Shown here one piece after another: positions 58,544-64,000 of a stretch of DNA of 64,000 bases. Numbering within the stretch: position 1 is the first letter of the stretch; every line of letters begins with the position of its first letter. This DNA is from Alphaproteobacteria bacterium (GTDB lineage: Bacteria; Pseudomonadota; Alphaproteobacteria; Bin95): NCBI GenBank assembly GCA_965205265.1, contig CBDBGH010000003.1:1024001-1088000 (forward strand), written 5' to 3'. The notes below the pieces were generated by a model. That model was not told where the DNA came from. It did no database searches and was given only the letters and a program-made list of their open reading frames with translations. Both the position numbers and the translations under genes were made by a program.

Positions 58544-61457
58544 CGAGCCGCGCCCCTTCGCGGTCATAGAAGACCGGATCGACGATCTGCACCCGGCTCT
58601 CGCCTGTCGTGGCCGAGGCCCAGACCCGGTCGCCGTGGCGCGACCGGCCGCCCTTGACGAGCGCCAGCGCGAAGCCGCGCTCCATCGCCGCGCTCCAGTA
58701 GCTGGAGGTCACATGGCCCAGCATCGGCACGGGCGGGGTTCCGCGCGGCGCCTCGATAATCTGCGCCCCTTCCTGGAGCACCTCCGAGGGATCCTCCGGC
58801 AGGAGCCCGACCAGCTGCTTGCGGTCCGGCCGCCGGCTGTCCGGGCGAGCCAGGGAACGCCGGCCGATAAAGTCCTTGCGGGAAGACACCATTCGTTCCA
58901 TGCCGAGATCGACGGGCGTCACCGTGCCGTCGGTCTCGTGTCCGACGACGATGAAGCCCTTTTCGGCCCTCAGCACATGCATCGCCTCGGTGCCGTAGGG
59001 CACGGCGCCCGCTTCCACCAGTTTCTCCCAGACGGGCGCGGCGCGCCGCCAGGGCAGGTTCACCTCGTAGGAGAGCTCCCCGGTGAAGGCGATGCGGAAG
59101 ATGCGGCCCGGCCCGCCGCCGATCCGGCCTTCGCGCATGGACAGGAACGGGAAGGCCGCCGGGTCCAGGTCGATATTCTCGACGAGCGGCTCCAGCAGCG
59201 TCCGCGCGAGCGGCCCCGACACGGTGATCGTGCCCCATTGCTCGGTGACCGAGGTGCAATAGACCCGAAGCTCCGGCCACTCGGTCTGGAGCCATTCCTC
59301 CAGCCATTCCAGCACGGCGGCGGCATTGCCGCTGGTCGTGGTCATCAGGTAGCGGTGCTCGCCGGTCCGGGTCGTGACACCGTCATCGAACACCATGCCG
59401 TCCTCGCCGAGCATCAGCCCGTAGCGGCAGCGCCCGACGGCGAGCGTTTTCCAGCCGTTCGTATAGATGCGGTTCAGGAACTCGGCCGCGTCGGGGCCGC
59501 GAATGTCGATCTTGCCGAGCGTGGAGGCGTCGAGAATGCCGGCGGCCTCGCGCACGGCGCGGCACTCGCGCGTTACGGCCTCGCGCATGCTCTCGCCGCC
59601 GCTCGGGTAGTAGCGCGCCCGGAGCCACTGGCCGACCGGCTCGAAGACCGCCCCGTTGGCTTCCTGCCAGTCCTGCATCGGCGTGCGGCGCACCGGATCG
59701 GCGAGCGCGCCCACATGGCGTCCCGCCAGCGCGCCGAAAGGCACCGGCGTATAGGGCGGCCGGAAGGTGGTGTGGCCGATTTCCGCCGGGGGCCTGCCGA
59801 GGCCGGCCGCCATCAGCGTGAGCCCGTTGATGTTGGAGGTCTTGCCCTGGTCGGTCGCCATGCCGAGCGTCGTCCAGCGCTTCAGATGCTCGACCGAGCG
59901 CATGCCCTCGCGCCTCGCAAGCGCGACATCGGCGGCGGTCACGTCGTTCTGGAAATCGACGAAGGCCTTGCCCTGGCCCTTCGGCGGCGCGGGCGCCGCG
60001 CCCGGCCGGGCGGGTGGACACTCCGGCAAGGCCGGCGGCTCCGGCGCGTCGAAGCCGAGCTCCCGGGCGAAGGCGGCGCCCGCTTCGGCTCCCTGGGCGA
60101 TACATCCTTCCGGATCGAACCGGCCGGCCGCCGCGCCGACGGACCGCTCCGCCTGGGCCGAACGGCCGGGAACGAATGTCTGCAAGCCGTCGTCCCAGCG
60201 CAGCATCCCGCGGGACTGGCTGAACAGATGCACCGCCGGGTTCCAGCCGCCGCCCATGGCAACCAGGTCGCAGGCGATCCGCCGCGTGGACCCGCCCGCC
60301 TCGATCTCGATCCCGGCTACGGCGCGGCGCCCGAGGGTTCGCAAGGGAACCGCGCCGCGCAGCACGGGCAGGCCGTCCGCGTCCGCTGCGCCGTCCGCGC
60401 GCAGATCGACAAGCGCCGCGACTTCGCCGCCGTGGCGGACGAATTCGCGGGCGGCGGCATAGACGGAATCGTCATTGGCGAGAAAGACCGCGCGGCTGCC
60501 CGGCAGCACGGCGTAGCGGTGGATAAAGGCGGTGACGGAGCGCGCCAGCATGACGCCCGGACGGTCATTGCCGGGAAAGACCAGCGGGCGCTCATGCGCG
60601 CCGGTCGCGAGCACTACCCGGCGGGCGCGGACATGCCATATGCGCTGGCGCGGCCGGCCGGCGCGTTCCGAAGGCGGGAGGCCTTCCGTCAGCCGCTCGG
60701 CCAGCGCCACGAAATTATGGTCGTAATAGCCGAAGGCCGTGGTGCGGGGCAGCAGCAGCGCCGATGTGCCGGCCAGCATGCCCTCGGCCCATGCCGCGCC
60801 CTCTTCGTCCCCGACGCGCTCGGGCCCGTCCAGCAGGGAGCCGCCGGGACGCGGGCGCTCGTCCGCCAGCATGACGCGCGCGCCGGCCGCCGCGGCTGCA
60901 TGGGCCGCGGCAATGCCCGCCGGGCCGCCGCCCACGACCAGGATGTCGCAATGCGCGTGGCGGTGTTCGTAAACCTCGGGGTCCGGCTCTTGCGGCGCGC
61001 GCGCCAGCCCCGCCATGCGCCGGATTGCGGGCGCATAGATCCGGTTCCACCAGGAGGGCGGCCACATGAAGGTCTTGTAATAGAACCCGGCGACGAACAG
61101 GCCCGATACGAGCCCGGTCGCCGCGCCGAGATCGAAGCGCAGCGACGGCCAGCGGTTGACGCTCTCGGCCGCGAGCCCGTCGTAAAGCTCGATCTCGGTA
61201 GCGCGCAGGTTCGGTTCCGCGAACGGACCCGGCTCCAGCAGGACGAGCGCGTTCGGCTCTTCCGCGCCCGCCGCCATCGCGCCGCGCGGCCGGTGGTATT
61301 TGAAGCTGCGTCCGACGAGGCGCACGCCATTGGCGAGAAGGGCGGATGCGAGCGTGTCGCCGGGATGGCCGGTGTAGCGCCTGCCGTCGAAGCGGAACGC
61401 GAGGGAGCGGGACCGGTCGATCCGGCCGCCGGCCGGCAGGCGGCGCGGGCCTGTCAC
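58536..61457 (-). CDS. soxA: Sarcosine oxidase subunit alpha
   Basis: GDTLASALLANG, RSFKYHRPRG, DFQNDV, GMATDQGKTSN, GcvT-like C-terminus; GTG start. Confidence 0.95.
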   Translation of the reverse strand: MTGPRRLPAGGRIDRSRSLAFRFDGRRYTGHPGDTLASALLANGVRLVGRSFKYHRPRGAMAAGAEEPNALVLLEPGPFAEPNLRATEIELYDGLAAESVNRWPSLRFDLGAATGLVSGLFVAGFYYKTFMWPPSWWNRIYAPAIRRMAGLARAPQEPDPEVYEHRHAHCDILVVGGGPAGIAAAHAAAAAGARVMLADERPRPGGSLLDGPERVGDEEGAAWAEGMLAGTSALLLPRTTAFGYYDHNFVALAERLTEGLPPSERAGRPRQRIWHVRARRVVLATGAHERPLVFPGNDRPGVMLARSVTAFIHRYAVLPGSRAVFLANDDSVYAAAREFVRHGGEVAALVDLRADGAADADGLPVLRGAVPLRTLGRRAVAGIEIEAGGSTRRIACDLVAMGGGWNPAVHLFSQSRGMLRWDDGLQTFVPGRSAQAERSVGAAAGRFDPEGCIAQGAEAGAAFARELGFDAPEPPALPECPPARPGAAPAPPKGQGKAFVDFQNDVTAADVALARREGMRSVEHLKRWTTLGMATDQGKTSNINGLTLMAAGLGRPPAEIGHTTFRPPYTPVPFGALAGRHVGALADPVRRTPMQDWQEANGAVFEPVGQWLRARYYPSGGESMREAVTRECRAVREAAGILDASTLGKIDIRGPDAAEFLNRIYTNGWKTLAVGRCRYGLMLGEDGMVFDDGVTTRTGEHRYLMTTTSGNAAAVLEWLEEWLQTEWPELRVYCTSVTEQWGTITVSGPLARTLLEPLVENIDLDPAAFPFLSMREGRIGGGPGRIFRIAFTGELSYEVNLPWRRAAPVWEKLVEAGAVPYGTEAMHVLRAEKGFIVVGHETDGTVTPVDLGMERMVSSRKDFIGRRSLARPDSRRPDRKQLVGLLPEDPSEVLQEGAQIIEAPRGTPPVPMLGHVTSSYWSAAMERGFALALVKGGRSRHGDRVWASATTGESRVQIVDPVFYDREGARLDG

Positions 61458-61744
61458 GCCGCCGTCTCCGGCAGGTCGGGGCGGGGCGCCCCCATGGGAT
61501 AGACGGCGACCACCTCGTGGCTCACCGTGTGGCGGAGCAGGTTGAACCATCGCCGGCAGCCCTGGGCATGCATCCAGCGCTCGGCATGGACGCCTTTCGG
61601 GTTGGCGCGCATGAACAGGTAGTCCGCCCAGGCCTCGTCGGAGAGCGCGTCCGGGTCCTCCGGCCGTGCGATATGCGCTTCGCCGCCGTAATGGAACTCC
61701 GTTTCGTCGCGCCCGCCGCACCAGGGACATTCGATGCGCATCAT
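61454..61744 (-). CDS. soxD: Sarcosine oxidase subunit delta
   Basis: MMRIECPWCGGRDETEFHYGGEAH...HAQGCRRWFN. Confidence 0.95.
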   Translation of the reverse strand: MMRIECPWCGGRDETEFHYGGEAHIARPEDPDALSDEAWADYLFMRANPKGVHAERWMHAQGCRRWFNLLRHTVSHEVVAVYPMGAPRPDLPETAA

Positions 61745-61758
61745 GGCCGGCTTCTCCC

Positions 61759-63009
61759 CTAATGCGCGACGGCGGCGGCGCCGTGCTCGTCGATCAGCGC
61801 GCCGGAGGCGAAGCGGTCGAGGGCGAAAGGCGCGTTCAGCGCATGCGGCTCGTCCCGCGCGACTGTGTGGGCGAAGGTCCACCCGGAACTCGGCGTCGCC
61901 TTGAAGCCGCCCGTGCCCCAGCCGCAATTGATGTAGAGGCCCTCGACCGGCGTTTTCGAGACGATGGGCGAGGCGTCCGGGCAGACATCGACGATGCCGC
62001 CCCAGCTCCTGAGCAGGCGCGCGCGGCTGAAGGCGGGGAAGAGCTGCATCAGTGCCGCGAGCTGGTCTTCCAGCACATGCAGCCCGCCGCGCTGGCCGTA
62101 GCTGTTGAAGGAGTCGATGCCGGCGCCCAGCACAAGCTCGCCCTTGTCGGACTGGCTGATATAGACATGCACCGCGTTCGACATGACGACGCAGTCGAGC
62201 ACCGGTTTCAGCGGCTCGGAGACCATCGCCTGCAGGGGGTGGCTCTCGACCGGCAGGCGCAGGCCCGCCATCTCCGCCAGCACCGAGGAATGGCCGGCGG
62301 CCACCAGCGCCGCCTTCTTCGCGCCGATGAAGCCCCGGCTTGTCTCGACGCCCGTGACGCGCCCGCGCACCTGACGGATGCCGGTGACCTCGCAATGCTG
62401 GACAATATCGACGCCGCGCGCATCCGCTCCGCGCGCATAGCCCCAGGCAACCGCGTCGTGCCGGGCGACGCCGCCGCGCCGCTGCAGGGTCGCGCCCAAT
62501 ACCGGGTAGCGCACCTCGGGCGAGATGGAGATCGGCGGGCAGAACGCCTTGACGCCCTCGGCATCCAGCCATTCGGCGTCCACGCCGTTCAGCCGGTTGG
62601 CGTTCACCCGGCGGATGGACTCCCGGACATCGTGCTCGGTATGCGCCAGGTTCATCACGCCGCGCTGGCGCAGCATCACATTGAAGTTGAGCTCGCGGGA
62701 GAGACCTTCCCAAAGCTTCAGCCCGTGCTCGTAGATCGCCGCGCTCTCGTCCCAGAGATAGTTGGAGCGGATGATGGTCGTGTTGCGCGCGATATTGCCG
62801 CCGGCGAGCCAGCCTTTCTCCAGCACCGCGACATCGGTGACGCCATGCTCCTTCGCCAGGTAGTAGGCCGTCGCCAGCCCGTGGCCGCCGCCGCCGACGA
62901 TCACGACCTCATAGGCCGGCCGCGGCTCCGGCGAGCGCCAGAGCTCCGGCCAGTCCCGGTGGCCGGTCAGCGCATTGCGCGCCAGAGAGAAGATCGAGTA
63001 ACGCGCCAT
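61759..63009 (-). CDS. soxB: Sarcosine oxidase subunit beta
   Basis: [43 protein letters not shown]. Confidence 0.96.
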   Translation of the reverse strand: MARYSIFSLARNALTGHRDWPELWRSPEPRPAYEVVIVGGGGHGLATAYYLAKEHGVTDVAVLEKGWLAGGNIARNTTIIRSNYLWDESAAIYEHGLKLWEGLSRELNFNVMLRQRGVMNLAHTEHDVRESIRRVNANRLNGVDAEWLDAEGVKAFCPPISISPEVRYPVLGATLQRRGGVARHDAVAWGYARGADARGVDIVQHCEVTGIRQVRGRVTGVETSRGFIGAKKAALVAAGHSSVLAEMAGLRLPVESHPLQAMVSEPLKPVLDCVVMSNAVHVYISQSDKGELVLGAGIDSFNSYGQRGGLHVLEDQLAALMQLFPAFSRARLLRSWGGIVDVCPDASPIVSKTPVEGLYINCGWGTGGFKATPSSGWTFAHTVARDEPHALNAPFALDRFASGALIDEHGAAAVAH

Positions 63010-63204
63010 GAAGCGACGCCCCCCGGAGCGAACGGGCCGCAGATAACCCCGGCGGCTCCCGGCCTTCAACCTATTGCGCGTCCGGAACCTGCGCAATTGC
63101 GACAAGCTACCCGGCGCCTTCTCCCAATTGGCGCCCGGGCTTCTCGGAAGCTAAACTTGCGTCGGTCCCCTTCCGGCCGTTCCACAGCATTGCGAGGCAA
63201 AGTC

Positions 63205-64000
63205 ATGGCGTTTGTCGAAACGGAAATCCACGGCCAGACCATGGTCGTCCGGCTCAACCGGCCGGAGCGTCTGAATGCGCTCAGCACGGCGATCCGCCAG
63301 GGCATGGCGGAGGCGTTCTCGGAGTTCCGCGACAATGATGGCCTGGAAGTCGCGATCCTGACCGGGACGGGCAGGGGCTTCTGCGCCGGCGAGGACATGA
63401 AGGAGTCCGTCGAGCGCGGCGATGTGGGCTCGCCGGACGACGACCCCGACGACCCCTTCGCCGATGGCACGCTGCAAAAGCCCGTCATCGCCGCCGTCAA
63501 CGGCTTCGCGATGGGCGGCGGCTTCATGCTGGTCGAGCGCACCGACCTGCGCGTCGCGGTCAAGGGCGCGCTGTTCGAGATTTCGGAAGCGAAACGCTGG
63601 CTGCTCGGCGGCTACAATCACGGCTTCATCGCCAACCTCCCTTATCCCGTCGCGATGGAAATGGCCTTCGGCTTTCGCTTCACGGCCGAGCGCTTCCACG
63701 AGCTCGGCTTCATCAACCGGCTGGTCGAGCCGGAGGAGCTGATGCCGACCGCATTGGAAATGGCCGACCATCTGCTCAGCCTGCCGCCGGCCTCGCGCGT
63801 CAACACGCTCCACATGATGCGCCAGATGCGGCCGGCGGTCTCGCCGCCGCTGGAGCGCCTGGCTGCGGCATTGCACGAGCATGGCTGCCTGGAGGACCGG
63901 ATGGAATCCCGTCGGGCCTTTGCAGAGAAGCGCAAGCCCGAGTTCAAGGGCTGGAACGACCCGGCGGACCGCTACCGCATGCCGACCCTCGAATCCGTGA
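63205..64000 (+). CDS. Enoyl-CoA hydratase/isomerase family protein (runs off window end)
   Basis: LNRPERLNAL, FCAGEDMKE, KPVIAAVNGFAMGGG, FAEKRKP; frame open to 64000. Confidence 0.9.
   Translation, partial: MAFVETEIHGQTMVVRLNRPERLNALSTAIRQGMAEAFSEFRDNDGLEVAILTGTGRGFCAGEDMKESVERGDVGSPDDDPDDPFADGTLQKPVIAAVNGFAMGGGFMLVERTDLRVAVKGALFEISEAKRWLLGGYNHGFIANLPYPVAMEMAFGFRFTAERFHELGFINRLVEPEELMPTALEMADHLLSLPPASRVNTLHMMRQMRPAVSPPLERLAAALHEHGCLEDRMESRRAFAEKRKPEFKGWNDPADRYRMPTLESV

Noticed and set aside
61454-62713. 419-aa ORF suggesting an extended SoxD
   Set aside because: The upstream part overlaps soxB in another frame; SoxD starts at 61744

Overview
High-GC alphaproteobacterial (Rhodospirillales-like) chromosomal segment; the taxon is inferred from gene order and protein style. 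Core genes: recG (5' end)-sdhE-mfd, pheA-kdsB with a divergent cytochrome c, a hisN-like gene, tRNA-Pro(CGG), csaA, an AsmA-family gene, threonine dehydratase, gatCAB, ygfZ, pyrC, ycaQ and soxBDAG. Many catabolic genes are interleaved: acyl-CoA dehydrogenases, CoA transferases, LLM monooxygenases, an AtuA-like pair, and split and fused hydantoinase/oxoprolinases. Accessory DNA: (1) a Fic gene behind a 10-bp-phased repeat array, split by a complete IS21 with a 6-bp target duplication, where the IS end creates a new in-frame ATG; (2) an IS4/IS50-like element and a nested MITE-like element, both inserted in the loops of REP-like hairpins; (3) HigB plus HigA-ImmA/IrrE and AbrB-VapC toxin-antitoxin pairs; (4) an ABC-type ATPase coupled to a small PD-(D/E)xK-like protein, which is the best candidate for an uncharacterised defence system. 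One acyl-CoA dehydrogenase has a single in-frame TAG. No CRISPR array, rRNA or prophage was seen. All family calls come from motif recognition; no searches were run.
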